Virus record (IMG/VR): IMGVR_UViG_3300029892_000002
From: a virus
DNA length: 64,000 bases
Strand: one strand, 5' to 3'
In this document: positions 47,328 through 57,482 of the stretch, piece by piece
Numbering within the stretch: position 1 is the stretch's first letter
Layout of the letters: each line of letters starts with the position of its first letter
The notes under the pieces: generated by a model
What the model was told of the DNA's origin: nothing
Database searches by the model: none
Seen by the model: the letters and a program-made list of their open reading frames with translations, nothing else
Translations under genes and position numbers: made by a program

Positions 47328-49832
47328 GTGAAGATCAAATCCATCGAGCTACATGGATATGACAGATTTGCACTGAACCATTATCCGAGTTTTATATACA
47401 CACCACAGCAAAAAATACAACTGCTCTTAGGTAGTAATGGTTGTGGTAAATCTAGTTTGATGCAGGAACTATCTCCACTACCAGCTGAGAAGTCAGATTT
47501 TAAGGCAGGTGGATCTAAGGTTGTCAACATAGAGCACAACGGTAAACTATATACCTTAACTAGTTCATTCGGAACTACTGGTAAACATAGTTGTATAGTT
47601 CATGAAGAAGAACCTGTAGAACTTAACCAAGGTGGGACTGCTCAGGTTCAGAAATCTCTAGTAGCTCAGATATTTGGTATAACACCAGAGATTCATGATG
47701 TCATGACAGGTATGGAAAGGTTTACAACCATGTCTGTAGCTAAGCGTCGTGAATGGTTCACTAAAATGTCTAAGATAGATTTCGATTACGCTGTTGAGGT
47801 CTATCAGAATTTCAAGAACAAATTACGCTCAGTAGAACAGATCCTTAAGTTCCAACAATCCACTCTTCTTACAGAGATGGCTAAGATTGTTGATCCAGAC
47901 ACCAGAACTAAACTGCAAGAAGAAATATCCCAATATGAATCAATCATTGATCTATTGATAGAATCTAGGGATACGACATCGATGGGATATATCACAGAAC
48001 CCGATAGCGTTCTGGAGTCAAATATATCATCCCATATCAAGGAACATCGTCGCTTAGTAAAAGAACTGGCTGGATATGGTTTTACAGATAATCCTGAAGA
48101 TTTGGTAGCTATAGCCCATGACTTAGATCACAGACTAATAGCTCAACAGACCAAATATGAGGAACTAGGTAAACGTATCGAACAACAGCAGTCTGTTATA
48201 AAAACTTTAACAGAGCTAGGTACACAAGAAACAGGCAATCTCCTAGCAGATCATCAAGCCCTACTTACTAAACTAAAAAACATAGAATCTGGACTTAGAT
48301 ATTTCACTCCAGATACATCTGCAGAAGAGGTAAGTCCTGCTATAGAACTGGCGTATGATGGTCTTTTTGAAGTCATGCAATCATTGCCCAGTAATCAAGA
48401 TAGAAAATATAGCAAAACAAGCTATCAGGTTCTTCTAGATGAACAAAAGGAAACTCAGTCATCTATAGCTATAGCAAAAGAGCGACATGACAAACTCAGT
48501 CAAATCATCAAAGACTTTGAACATGCTAAAGAACATCAGCAAACAACATGTCCTCAGTGCCAGCATGTTTGGATACGTGATTTTGATGAGAATAAATATC
48601 AGGCAGCTAAGAAAGAACTAGCTACCTTAGTAGTCATACTGGAAACCCTTAGTAAAAAGCTGGAAGATAACCAATCAAAATGCCAAGCTATCGTTCAGTA
48701 TTTTGATCAATACAGAATTTATCTAAGGACCAGAGATCAATTAACTGCTCTTCAGCCTATATGGCAGCGTATAGAGAATGAAGACATCGTCATGGTTGAT
48801 CCAAAACAAGTTTTGACGCATCTTCAGAACGCTAGGTATGACATACCATCACTGATGGAAATTAAATCGCTTAGACATCGATCTGACGAGATGCAGAAGC
48901 TTATAACTCTCAACGAACAGTCGATTGAAACTGATGTTCGTAAGTTACAAGAACAAGTAGATGCAGAATTGGTTGAATATTCCCAACTATATGCATCGAA
49001 TCGTATTCTCCATGAGAAACTAGAATCCATCAAACGTAAATTAGAAATACACAACAGGCTTAAAGAGATTCAAATAAGCCTAAACAATCTTATTCAGCAA
49101 AAAGATAACTTGGCTAATAACGAAGTTCAAAAACTCCGTCATAGTTATCTTCAGGATCTAATTCGTCAGTTCAATATAGCTCTAGGTGAGCATAAGCAAC
49201 GCATTAATAATGCAGAAGCCCAAGATGCCATCGTAGCTCAGCTTAAACAGACCATCCAGGATCTCACTATAGAGAAAGAATCCTTAACAGCTATGGTTGA
49301 TGCTATGTCACCTAAGGATGGTCTGATAGCCAAAGCCATGAGTGGGTTTATTAACCATTTTGTTGAGCAGATGAATAACATCATCTCTCAGATATGGTTA
49401 TATCCATTTGAACTACTTCCTATCAATGATAGCGATGATGAACTAGATCTTAGTTATCGTTTCGTTGTTCAGGTTAAAAGCAGGAAGATCATACCAGATA
49501 TAGGAAAATGTTCTGCAGGTATGCAGGAAGCTATTGATTTAGTGTTCAGGATAGTCTCTATGCAGTATCTTGGTTTAGATACAGCTCCTATCTATCTAGA
49601 TGAGTTTGGTAAGAGCATGGATTCAGCGCACAGAATCAAGGCGTTTGATGCCATTACAAAGCTCATCACACACAGTCATTACAGTCAGGTATTCATTGTT
49701 TCCCACTATGAACAAGCCTATGGTGGTATAGCTAATACTGATGTAGTTGTGCTAAATCCAGATAACATAGTCATACCACCAGGTACTATCGTCAATCGAG
49801 TGGTTAAATTCGATCAGGAGTCATTACAGTGA
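47328..49832 (+). CDS. sbcC: SbcC/Rad50-like ATPase
   Basis: Walker A GSNGCGKS, coiled coils, Zn hook CPQC, signature CSAGMQE, Walker B IYLDE. Confidence 0.9.
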   Translation: MKIKSIELHGYDRFALNHYPSFIYTPQQKIQLLLGSNGCGKSSLMQELSPLPAEKSDFKAGGSKVVNIEHNGKLYTLTSSFGTTGKHSCIVHEEEPVELNQGGTAQVQKSLVAQIFGITPEIHDVMTGMERFTTMSVAKRREWFTKMSKIDFDYAVEVYQNFKNKLRSVEQILKFQQSTLLTEMAKIVDPDTRTKLQEEISQYESIIDLLIESRDTTSMGYITEPDSVLESNISSHIKEHRRLVKELAGYGFTDNPEDLVAIAHDLDHRLIAQQTKYEELGKRIEQQQSVIKTLTELGTQETGNLLADHQALLTKLKNIESGLRYFTPDTSAEEVSPAIELAYDGLFEVMQSLPSNQDRKYSKTSYQVLLDEQKETQSSIAIAKERHDKLSQIIKDFEHAKEHQQTTCPQCQHVWIRDFDENKYQAAKKELATLVVILETLSKKLEDNQSKCQAIVQYFDQYRIYLRTRDQLTALQPIWQRIENEDIVMVDPKQVLTHLQNARYDIPSLMEIKSLRHRSDEMQKLITLNEQSIETDVRKLQEQVDAELVEYSQLYASNRILHEKLESIKRKLEIHNRLKEIQISLNNLIQQKDNLANNEVQKLRHSYLQDLIRQFNIALGEHKQRINNAEAQDAIVAQLKQTIQDLTIEKESLTAMVDAMSPKDGLIAKAMSGFINHFVEQMNNIISQIWLYPFELLPINDSDDELDLSYRFVVQVKSRKIIPDIGKCSAGMQEAIDLVFRIVSMQYLGLDTAPIYLDEFGKSMDSAHRIKAFDAITKLITHSHYSQVFIVSHYEQAYGGIANTDVVVLNPDNIVIPPGTIVNRVVKFDQESLQ

Positions 49833-50569
49833 CACAAGAGCGCGAGTCTAAATTCAGACTTTATTCAAAAGGCGTGGTCGTCAATGACAAACCATTCGAC
49901 ACACATATCATTCAAGTAACACCCATAGAAGATCTTCCTTACTTCGAAGAACCATTTCGTGAATGGGGTGTTAAGTATGATGTCGAGTTACCAGACGCAC
50001 AGGGTAATAAACACATCGCTACAGCTGAAAGTAAAGCACATATAGATGCAGAGTGGTTAGCTCTGCACCATCCAAACAGAATCACTGCTCCAGATGTAGT
50101 AGCTGGAGAGATGGTTGATATTTATCGCTATTCCGATAGTGAAAAATACTATTGGGATAAATGCCGTAGAGACGAGAAACTCAGAAAACTAGAACATGTT
50201 GTCTGGGCTTTTAATGACTCTACCGATCATAATAGCAATGATGATCCTAAAAAACAATATAGGGTCACTGTGAGTACTAAAGATGGTTATGTAGAATTAC
50301 GTACATCTACGTACCGTGGTGAGCCTGTAGAATATACATTTCGTATAGACACTAAGAATGGTGGTGTGGATATTAAGGACAGTAACGGTAATTATATTTC
50401 ATTAAATTCTGTTACTGGTGAGGCTAATATCAATACTACTAAAAATATCACACTGAGCTCTCCTATTGTAAATATTAACGCACAACACACATACATACTA
50501 GGAGAGCTCACAGTTGAGAAGATGATTCATGGGATAATCGAACGGTCAGTTACGGCTGATTGTTGCTAA
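49829..50569 (+). CDS. Putative baseplate hub/tail spike protein
   Basis: NRITAPDV..GE.V.IYRY.D...YYW, followed by beta-strand repeats typical of gp5/gpV-like spikes. Confidence 0.6.
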   Translation: MTQERESKFRLYSKGVVVNDKPFDTHIIQVTPIEDLPYFEEPFREWGVKYDVELPDAQGNKHIATAESKAHIDAEWLALHHPNRITAPDVVAGEMVDIYRYSDSEKYYWDKCRRDEKLRKLEHVVWAFNDSTDHNSNDDPKKQYRVTVSTKDGYVELRTSTYRGEPVEYTFRIDTKNGGVDIKDSNGNYISLNSVTGEANINTTKNITLSSPIVNINAQHTYILGELTVEKMIHGIIERSVTADCC

Positions 50570-50574
50570 GACAT

Positions 50575-50616
50575 ACACCACCACACGCCAGGTATAGACC
50601 TGGCGTGTGGTGGTGT
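50575..50616. terminator. Bidirectional terminator hairpin
   Basis: 18-bp perfect inverted repeat ACACCACCACACGCCAGG/CCTGGCGTGTGGTGGTGT. Confidence 0.75.
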
Positions 50617-50618
50617 GA

Positions 50619-51896
50619 TTAGATGTATGAACCTATCTCAAGCAAATAACCTTTAGACCTTGTGTAGGTTCTATTAGGGAATCTTTGTGCATTAATGACA
50701 TCGATATCTAGTTGAGATCTATAATCCAACAAATGATTGTTCATATGACCATCTGTTACATTCATAGCCCAATAGCCATCTTCATAGCGTTTCCAATATT
50801 CACTCATCTTTCCATAACCGGTGATGAGAGGGTAAGTGGGTTCTTGCTGTGTTGTGAAGACACTAGGAACGGCCATGCGTTCTATGTAGAGTTTACGATG
50901 GAATAAGTTAGGCGTATCCACCAGAATAATAAAACTCTGCGATAGAGTCAAATACTTCCTAAGAACAACATCGCTCTTAAGCTCATCTAGAGATACAGCA
51001 TCTGGATTATCTTGGTCTGGTGTTAGTTCCAGACTATCCATGTTTATGTAACGCTTGCTTTCATAGAACCTATCGATGAAAGGCGTTCTTTCTAGACAGA
51101 TGCTGATGGTGTCATCACCTGTTTGCCAGCATACTCCTTCTTCTGGCAAGAATAGATATCCGCCAATAGAAAGCAGTATAGTCTTATTTCCTATCAGTGA
51201 ATTGAGCTTGATGTCTGCTCGTTCATAGAGAGGTCTTCCAGCTACCTCTGGAAAGATCATGGCATCTGTGATAACCATTTTCTCTATAGTAGCCAGATTA
51301 GCAAAACTAATCAAACCAAGACAAACTTCCTGAGCTACTCTAGATGACTTAGCAGCATCCTTGACAAAGAGATTGGTAGCATCAGTATTCGTGATATGTA
51401 AGAATCCATTTACTGTTACTAGAGCTTTGGTATGGATCTCAGTAACATCGGTTGTACTCTGAAGCCTAGTTAGGGCAATATCTGGTAATTCATTACGCGG
51501 GTATTGTTCTGGGTATGAAGAACCTATCTTGGCTAGTTTAGCAACATATCCGGCTTGGTTAGCATCCATGTATTGAATATACCTAACATTAGATGTAGGT
51601 AGTTCAGGTAACAATGGCAGAGCCATGTCATCGATACTAACGAACCAATCAAGTAAGGTATCAGTTACATTAGCATAGCTTTGTTTAAGCTCAGTAAAGT
51701 CAACATAAACCTCATCAGGATAAAGAGGGTTAGTGACTACATGAATGATCTCACTGAACTGTTGAAAAATATCAACAACAGGAGTGTCGCCTAATTGGGC
51801 TTCTTCCCATTGTGCTGCTACTTTACGAGCAAGCACTAAAGATTTCACATATGTGTACATGAAAAACACTCCTTCAACTTGGTAATCACGTGGCAA
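50619..51896 (-). CDS. Virion structural protein (phiKZ-like)
   Basis: About 410 aa; ALVTVNGFLH, LSIGGYL, YLTLSQSF, G..SEYW. The true start may be ATG 51860. Confidence 0.7.
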   Translation of the reverse strand: MPRDYQVEGVFFMYTYVKSLVLARKVAAQWEEAQLGDTPVVDIFQQFSEIIHVVTNPLYPDEVYVDFTELKQSYANVTDTLLDWFVSIDDMALPLLPELPTSNVRYIQYMDANQAGYVAKLAKIGSSYPEQYPRNELPDIALTRLQSTTDVTEIHTKALVTVNGFLHITNTDATNLFVKDAAKSSRVAQEVCLGLISFANLATIEKMVITDAMIFPEVAGRPLYERADIKLNSLIGNKTILLSIGGYLFLPEEGVCWQTGDDTISICLERTPFIDRFYESKRYINMDSLELTPDQDNPDAVSLDELKSDVVLRKYLTLSQSFIILVDTPNLFHRKLYIERMAVPSVFTTQQEPTYPLITGYGKMSEYWKRYEDGYWAMNVTDGHMNNHLLDYRSQLDIDVINAQRFPNRTYTRSKGYLLEIGSYI

Positions 51897-51946
51897 CCTC
51901 CTACCATAGGAGGCTTCATCTATACGATTTCGCGAGGGGTTAAACC

Positions 51947-54004
51947 ATGCCTGATGTGACCTACCCGTTGGATCTAACGGGTAATGCAGCGACTAACCTC
52001 GTTCAGGACGAGCTTCATACAGTAACGGAAGCCAATTACAGGGATTATTTTTTCATCGTCCCTAACTATGCTCCGTTCTATGTTGACAATTTTCAAATGT
52101 CGATTATTGTCAATCACATCGAATCACCACTCCAAGAAGGCGTGCATTACAATTTCGCACTACCTTATGTAGCTGGCATTCGTTCAACCGGTAAGACGAT
52201 CTATGGCGCTGTTACTCTTAACAACCTAGATCTCACTGGTGTTCTTAAGATTACATATCAAACCGTAGGTGGTGAGTGGGTTGTTAATCGCTTGCATGTT
52301 CTAACGATGTTGGCAGAGAAGGCATATAACCCACGCATGACTATTTGGGATACTGTTACTGATAAACCAAATGTATTCCCACCTATTCCGCATTATCAGG
52401 ATTTCGAGAATTTCTATGGCATGGAACAGTTGGTAGCAGCTATCAACAATATCCGTGACTTTATTATTGCTGAACGCAATGAAGCTCCAATCATTCAACA
52501 TCTTGGTAATGAGAGCAATCCACATAACGTAACTTTAGCTCAGCTTGGATATAGCTTAGCTACTGTTCAAGATGTGATAGGTGGTAATGGTGATGGGTTG
52601 TTGATCAATGTTCCTACCTTATTGCCATTCCTTGAGAATCTCAATCAGGCTATTGAAACCATCAACAATAGCCTTCTGAGTGATCATGTCACACCGAAGA
52701 TCAGTAAAATCACACACGCATATGTTGGTGCAGAAGGTGAGTATCAAATCACCGACTACGATGAGAATACCAACTATACACTAGTAGCAAACAACATGCT
52801 AGCTAGCAGGATCAAAGATAAGATATCTTTCTGCATGGCTGATGTTCCAAATACTTCGACACTTACTGTCAATGGTCGTGAGTTTTCCTTGAATGTGTCG
52901 AACTATCTGTTTGAAGATAGGTTTAACATACAAGCATTGGCTCCTGCTGCTGATGAGCAGTTTGGTTACTCCATAGCCATGGGTAGTGATTTATACTTCA
53001 CAGCTGTTGGATGTCCAGAAACCAATAAGGTTCATGCATATAACATCCAAATGGATGTTGCTAATGAAACCCAAACACTTTTAGCGCCAGATGTTACCCA
53101 TAGTGACTTTGGTCAGGCTGTTTACATAACTCCAAATAACCAATACATGCTGGTTGGTTGCCCTGTTTCTAACAACAACACTCCAGGTAAAGTTTATTCA
53201 TATAGAAACATATCCGGGGCATGGGTGTTGTTGAATAACGTAGATGGCTTTAATCCTGATGATTTGTTCGGATCTAGGATATCAGCTAATGCTGACGGTA
53301 GTATCATTGCCATTAGTTCACCTGGGTATAGAAGGGTAGATCTATATGCCTATAGCAATGGTGTCTTAACCCATATAACAGACATTAGTTCAAGTGATGA
53401 TGGATTTGGTTGGTCTATATCCCTCAACACTACTGGTAAGATATTAGCTATAGCCAACACACAAATCGGGTGTGTGGATGTCTATGTGGAAATATCGGTT
53501 GGTAACTGGCGGCGTGTCGGTCAAACCATATACACATCACTAATCTCATCTAGTCCCGGTTTTGGTGCTAGTTTATCTATCAGTCCAGATGGGCAAAAGA
53601 TAGCTATCGGATATCCAGACAACGATAGTGTTCACATCTATACATGGACTGGTTCTAGTTGGGATATGACTAAATCATTCCAAGGACAATACACTGGTGA
53701 TAGACTTGGTTCATCTGTTGTATTTGGTCTAGATAATGAAAGCATTTATGTAGGGTGTCCTGGTCATCAGAAACGTTTGCCAGTTAACGATGTAGATGCT
53801 GGTGGTGTGTATGTCATAAAACTCATTGATGGTGAATGGGTCATCCATGCTAAGATTATTCCTCAGGATGGTGTTAGTGAGGATGGATATGGTGAACATA
53901 TTGCCATGAACGTAGGACAGACGTATATGCTTGTTTCAGCACCTCATCGTGATATAGATGGACAGAACAACTCTGGCGTTATCTATGCCCTCAAGCAGGT
54001 CTAA
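51947..54004 (+). CDS. Baseplate/tail-fibre protein with a C-terminal FG-GAP beta-propeller
   Basis: N-terminal YPLDLTG...IVPNYAPFY virion-attachment domain, then seven FG.(S/A)(I/V)...G.P repeats. Confidence 0.75.
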   Translation: MPDVTYPLDLTGNAATNLVQDELHTVTEANYRDYFFIVPNYAPFYVDNFQMSIIVNHIESPLQEGVHYNFALPYVAGIRSTGKTIYGAVTLNNLDLTGVLKITYQTVGGEWVVNRLHVLTMLAEKAYNPRMTIWDTVTDKPNVFPPIPHYQDFENFYGMEQLVAAINNIRDFIIAERNEAPIIQHLGNESNPHNVTLAQLGYSLATVQDVIGGNGDGLLINVPTLLPFLENLNQAIETINNSLLSDHVTPKISKITHAYVGAEGEYQITDYDENTNYTLVANNMLASRIKDKISFCMADVPNTSTLTVNGREFSLNVSNYLFEDRFNIQALAPAADEQFGYSIAMGSDLYFTAVGCPETNKVHAYNIQMDVANETQTLLAPDVTHSDFGQAVYITPNNQYMLVGCPVSNNNTPGKVYSYRNISGAWVLLNNVDGFNPDDLFGSRISANADGSIIAISSPGYRRVDLYAYSNGVLTHITDISSSDDGFGWSISLNTTGKILAIANTQIGCVDVYVEISVGNWRRVGQTIYTSLISSSPGFGASLSISPDGQKIAIGYPDNDSVHIYTWTGSSWDMTKSFQGQYTGDRLGSSVVFGLDNESIYVGCPGHQKRLPVNDVDAGGVYVIKLIDGEWVIHAKIIPQDGVSEDGYGEHIAMNVGQTYMLVSAPHRDIDGQNNSGVIYALKQV

Positions 54005-54069
54005 TTTTCAACTCGCTGCCATCCTTTGGGACTAGCGGTTTTCTGGTTATTTTTCACGGAGTATAAACA

Positions 54070-54390
54070 ATGCTCAATTCGATTGTAGCAAAGGTGTCTT
54101 CAGCACCTAACGCTGAAGTGGTGGTGTATGAGGTTCCTGCCACTAAAGTACTTGCCAACGTTAGCGTGATCATCGCTAATATGGATAGCGTTGCAGCACC
54201 GGTTAAACTTGGTGTTACTAATGCTGGTACTCTTAGTGATGTCGATTTGCTTGAAGATGGTGTCACTCTGTCTCCTCGCAATGGAGCATTGCGCCGTACT
54301 AATGTCATCATGGCACCTGGCGAGAAGATGATTGTTCAGTCAACTAGTGGTAACTTGGCTGTTCGTGTCTATGGCCTTGAGCAGCAATAA
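54070..54390 (+). CDS. Small beta-rich fibre-associated protein, paralog 1
   Basis: 106 aa; VYEVPA...M.PGEK..V....VRVYGLEQ. Confidence 0.7.
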   Translation: MLNSIVAKVSSAPNAEVVVYEVPATKVLANVSVIIANMDSVAAPVKLGVTNAGTLSDVDLLEDGVTLSPRNGALRRTNVIMAPGEKMIVQSTSGNLAVRVYGLEQQ

Positions 54391-54405
54391 TAGGAGACCA
54401 ACAAC

Positions 54406-54726
54406 ATGAACGGAAATCTCGGTAAGCTCGTTAGTGCTGGTGGTGTCTATGAGAAGGTTTATGAAGTCCCGGCAGCTGGTGTCCAGTTTACTACCTGCTT
54501 CATCTATGCTGTGAACCGCACTGCTGGTGAGGTCACGATTCGTGCGGCTATTTCAACCATGAACGATCCTGCTATCTATGACCATATCCAAGGTGATCTG
54601 GTTCTTGAAGCCGGTGGTGGTACTTACGAATATCCGGCTATGATATGCCAGCCAGGTGAGAAGATTGTTGTATACACTAGTGATCCTGGTGTGGTCTTCA
54701 ATGTGCGTGGTATCGAACAGACTTAA
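54406..54726 (+). CDS. Small beta-rich fibre-associated protein, paralog 2
   Basis: 106 aa; VYEVPA...CQPGEKIVV...VRGIEQ. Confidence 0.7.
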   Translation: MNGNLGKLVSAGGVYEKVYEVPAAGVQFTTCFIYAVNRTAGEVTIRAAISTMNDPAIYDHIQGDLVLEAGGGTYEYPAMICQPGEKIVVYTSDPGVVFNVRGIEQT

Positions 54727-54778
54727 TCAATACATATATCTACTACGGAGCCATGTAGGTTCCGTAGTAGATATATCT

Positions 54779-55180
54779 TTAGTCAATACCAAGGATGATC
54801 TTGAATATAGTCCAAATACTCTTCATTGAGCTTTCATCGCCTTTATTAACATCAGTTACTGTAGCTGCAACTATAATGATACCAAGAGACAGTGTTATAA
54901 CTATGCTAATGAGCTTAAACAGCCAGATATAAAGAGCCCTTCCCTCCTCAGTATCTGTTATCTTTTCAGATTCAGTTATCGGTCTTGTTTCTATGATGGC
55001 TGGATTATGAGCATGTTCTCTAGAGTTCACGATGTCGTGATCTATGAGTCTGAGAACAGATATTTGCTCTGCTTGACTTAATGACGTGAATATACGAATC
55101 TGTTCAATATAATGTTCGTCAGAATAGTCTACTTTCTTATGTATTATATGTTTTAAGTATTCGCTTACACCTTCAGTCAA
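54779..55180 (-). CDS. Membrane protein next to the spanins
   Basis: Soluble N-terminus with a C-terminal TM segment; overlaps the o-spanin stop. Confidence 0.6.
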   Translation of the reverse strand: MTEGVSEYLKHIIHKKVDYSDEHYIEQIRIFTSLSQAEQISVLRLIDHDIVNSREHAHNPAIIETRPITESEKITDTEEGRALYIWLFKLISIVITLSLGIIIVAATVTDVNKGDESSMKSIWTIFKIILGID

Positions 55181-55491
55181 GATCCCTCCTTAAGCTTCTT
55201 AATAGCTTTTTCCTGAACTTCCTTAATCTCATCAATTTGCTTGCCACATTTGCTCAGTGACTTCATGAGAGAAGCTGAATATTTAGCCAGAACAGTCTCT
55301 CGTTCTGAAACATTCAAGCTCATATAATAGTCTTTCTCAGGAGGAGTAGGAATGACGCATGGCTCAAGCAAACGAGCATCCAGTTCGACAGGAACATTGC
55401 GAATCTTTTCTACCACTCGAACATCGCTACGAGTGCCGGCACAAGCAGTTAAAGAAAGAGCTATAAACATCGTAATGAAAATACGCAGCAT
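55177..55491 (-). CDS. Putative o-spanin (lipoprotein)
   Basis: Signal peptide with lipobox LTAC; L.EPC..P.PP; second Cys in a C-terminal helix. Confidence 0.75.
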   Translation of the reverse strand: MLRIFITMFIALSLTACAGTRSDVRVVEKIRNVPVELDARLLEPCVIPTPPEKDYYMSLNVSERETVLAKYSASLMKSLSKCGKQIDEIKEVQEKAIKKLKEGS

Positions 55492-55524
55492 AGATTTATC
55501 TCCTTGATATGGTTGAAAATGACT

Positions 55525-56007
55525 TTAACTAGCCTTAACGTCGTTGTAAATATCCCAGATAAGCGTGATATTGGCTTGTGAAACTTGCTCCACAACTTCT
55601 GGTGCAGGAAGAGTTGGGTTGTGCTGAGTTCCTGATTTGATTTTGGTAGATTGGGCTTTCTTAATGGATTGCTGATGTTTGGTCTCACTAGCACTTACCT
55701 TGGTTTCCACTTTAGTAATATGGTTACTAACAGCATCACCACCAGCTTTGGAGATGTCTTTAATTTCATCAGCTGTCTTGAGCGCAGTTACATTACCTTC
55801 ATTGACCTTGATTACATCCTCCACAGCGTTCTTAAGATTCTCTTTATCAGCTTTGAGAGACGCACGTGTTTCGAAACCAAACCGTTCTAACACAGCATCG
55901 CTATTAGGAATGATGATCAGAGCAGCAATAGCAACGATAATAGCAATGAAGATAAAACTGCTATTGCCAAACAACGATCCAAAAAAAGCTCTAATTGCCA
56001 GTAGCAT
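55525..56007 (-). CDS. Putative i-spanin
   Basis: N-terminal TM helix, then coiled coil; directly upstream of the lipoprotein. Confidence 0.7.
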   Translation of the reverse strand: MLLAIRAFFGSLFGNSSFIFIAIIVAIAALIIIPNSDAVLERFGFETRASLKADKENLKNAVEDVIKVNEGNVTALKTADEIKDISKAGGDAVSNHITKVETKVSASETKHQQSIKKAQSTKIKSGTQHNPTLPAPEVVEQVSQANITLIWDIYNDVKAS

Positions 56008-56563
56008 GATTGTGTTCCTTTCTAAGCAAATCCAAATGAGTCATGGCAACTGCTATCGAATCGATAGCATGTTCACTAAGAGAGTCGATAGCTGTGTCGA
56101 TATGATCGATAACATCCTTTCTGGCTTGCATGGCTCTTTTCATAGCTGGTTTATCGGCATATGAATCACCAGCGCTAGTTTTCTTAACCAATCTCGGTGG
56201 ATAAAGTAAAAATGGAATGCCTGGATCAAATTCCATAGAAGTATTTCTAAGAACGAAAACGGTTTCTACCAAAGGAGCAAAAGCTGTTGGATGTAGTCTA
56301 TGGTAAAATGGAGCTTCACACGCTATGGTGTCTGGCCTAAATGAGCCAAGTATTTTCTCAAAAGCATGTGAGAGTTTTTTCAGTCTAGCGTATCTTTCAC
56401 CATGTAATAACACCCTATCATCAGCATATGGTAAATGAACATGATTGGTGTTGATAGTTCTTGGTGATATCGAGATGACATCACCGTCCATAGAGTACTC
56501 TACCAGTGTTACACCGCAGTACTCTGTACCAGGGTCGATACCGACCAAACGGTTAGTTATCAT
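55991..56563 (-). CDS. ruvC: Holliday junction resolvase
   Basis: VGIDPGT..G, IACEAPF, VKK..G...ADK, SEHAIDSIAVA. Confidence 0.88.
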   Translation of the reverse strand: MITNRLVGIDPGTEYCGVTLVEYSMDGDVISISPRTINTNHVHLPYADDRVLLHGERYARLKKLSHAFEKILGSFRPDTIACEAPFYHRLHPTAFAPLVETVFVLRNTSMEFDPGIPFLLYPPRLVKKTSAGDSYADKPAMKRAMQARKDVIDHIDTAIDSLSEHAIDSIAVAMTHLDLLRKEHNHATGN

Positions 56564-56636
56564 TCCAATATCCTAAAAAACTATATCCAGAAGATGGTCT
56601 GAGTGGCTAAAAAGCCACCCAGACCACATCTAGAGA

Positions 56637-57473
56637 TTAACTAAACAACAACGGATTAACTGCACCAACATCAAGCAGAACATTGATACCGGCGTTACTA
56701 TATTTAGCAGCATAGCTAGCAGATATGAATGCACAGACTTGAGCAGCGATAGCATCAGTATAGCCAGTTACAATGCCGTTGAATTCACCAGTAACTGTCT
56801 TATCAATACCAGAGCAAAGAGCGATCTCAGTGATCATGGCGTAGCGATCGTCATTGTACTTGATCATGCAGGCAGCCAGCAGTTCATTGATCTCCCATTC
56901 ATCCATAGTAAATGGAACTTTGGAAGTCACGGCAACTGCATTACCGCTAGATGTAAGAACAACACCAGGATCGATAGCAGGAGGAGTTGGATTGAGATTA
57001 CCAACACCAGGAACGAATGGTGTCGTTGTGATGACTCCATTATTGATCTCACGCAGCTCCATCTGAGGAGTGGTGTTGGTGAAGTTCAGTCTCTTGAGAT
57101 AATAAGCAGCGTATAAAACACCATCATAGGTTTCAATCACACGCATGCGATAGTTAGCACGTTCAGCTGGCGTTAGGTCGTTATCCAACGGACGCAATAT
57201 AAATGGCAGATGGCCGTATAGTGCAGCATCGGTGGGTTGATGTTGAACGATGTTGATGAGTGGAACACCATCAGCACCTGTAGTGAAACGATGACCTCTA
57301 TTACCAATAGCTACGTATTGCATGAAAGGCATATCGTCGCTAGCCAGAACAATACCTTCATTGGAACCAAACTTTTCGTTCAGTGTAGTGTGTTCTGCCG
57401 CTACGAACGGCAGGTTCATATACTGACAGGTTTGCAGATATGAACCATAAATAGTCGGGACGATCTGTTCCAA
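56637..57473 (-). CDS. Virion structural protein (phiKZ-like)
   Basis: 278 aa; TTLNEKF, YVAIGNRGH, LYGHLPFILRP, YYLKR, TEIALCSG.D. Confidence 0.7.
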   Translation of the reverse strand: MEQIVPTIYGSYLQTCQYMNLPFVAAEHTTLNEKFGSNEGIVLASDDMPFMQYVAIGNRGHRFTTGADGVPLINIVQHQPTDAALYGHLPFILRPLDNDLTPAERANYRMRVIETYDGVLYAAYYLKRLNFTNTTPQMELREINNGVITTTPFVPGVGNLNPTPPAIDPGVVLTSSGNAVAVTSKVPFTMDEWEINELLAACMIKYNDDRYAMITEIALCSGIDKTVTGEFNGIVTGYTDAIAAQVCAFISASYAAKYSNAGINVLLDVGAVNPLLFS

Positions 57474-57482
57474 GATGTTCTC

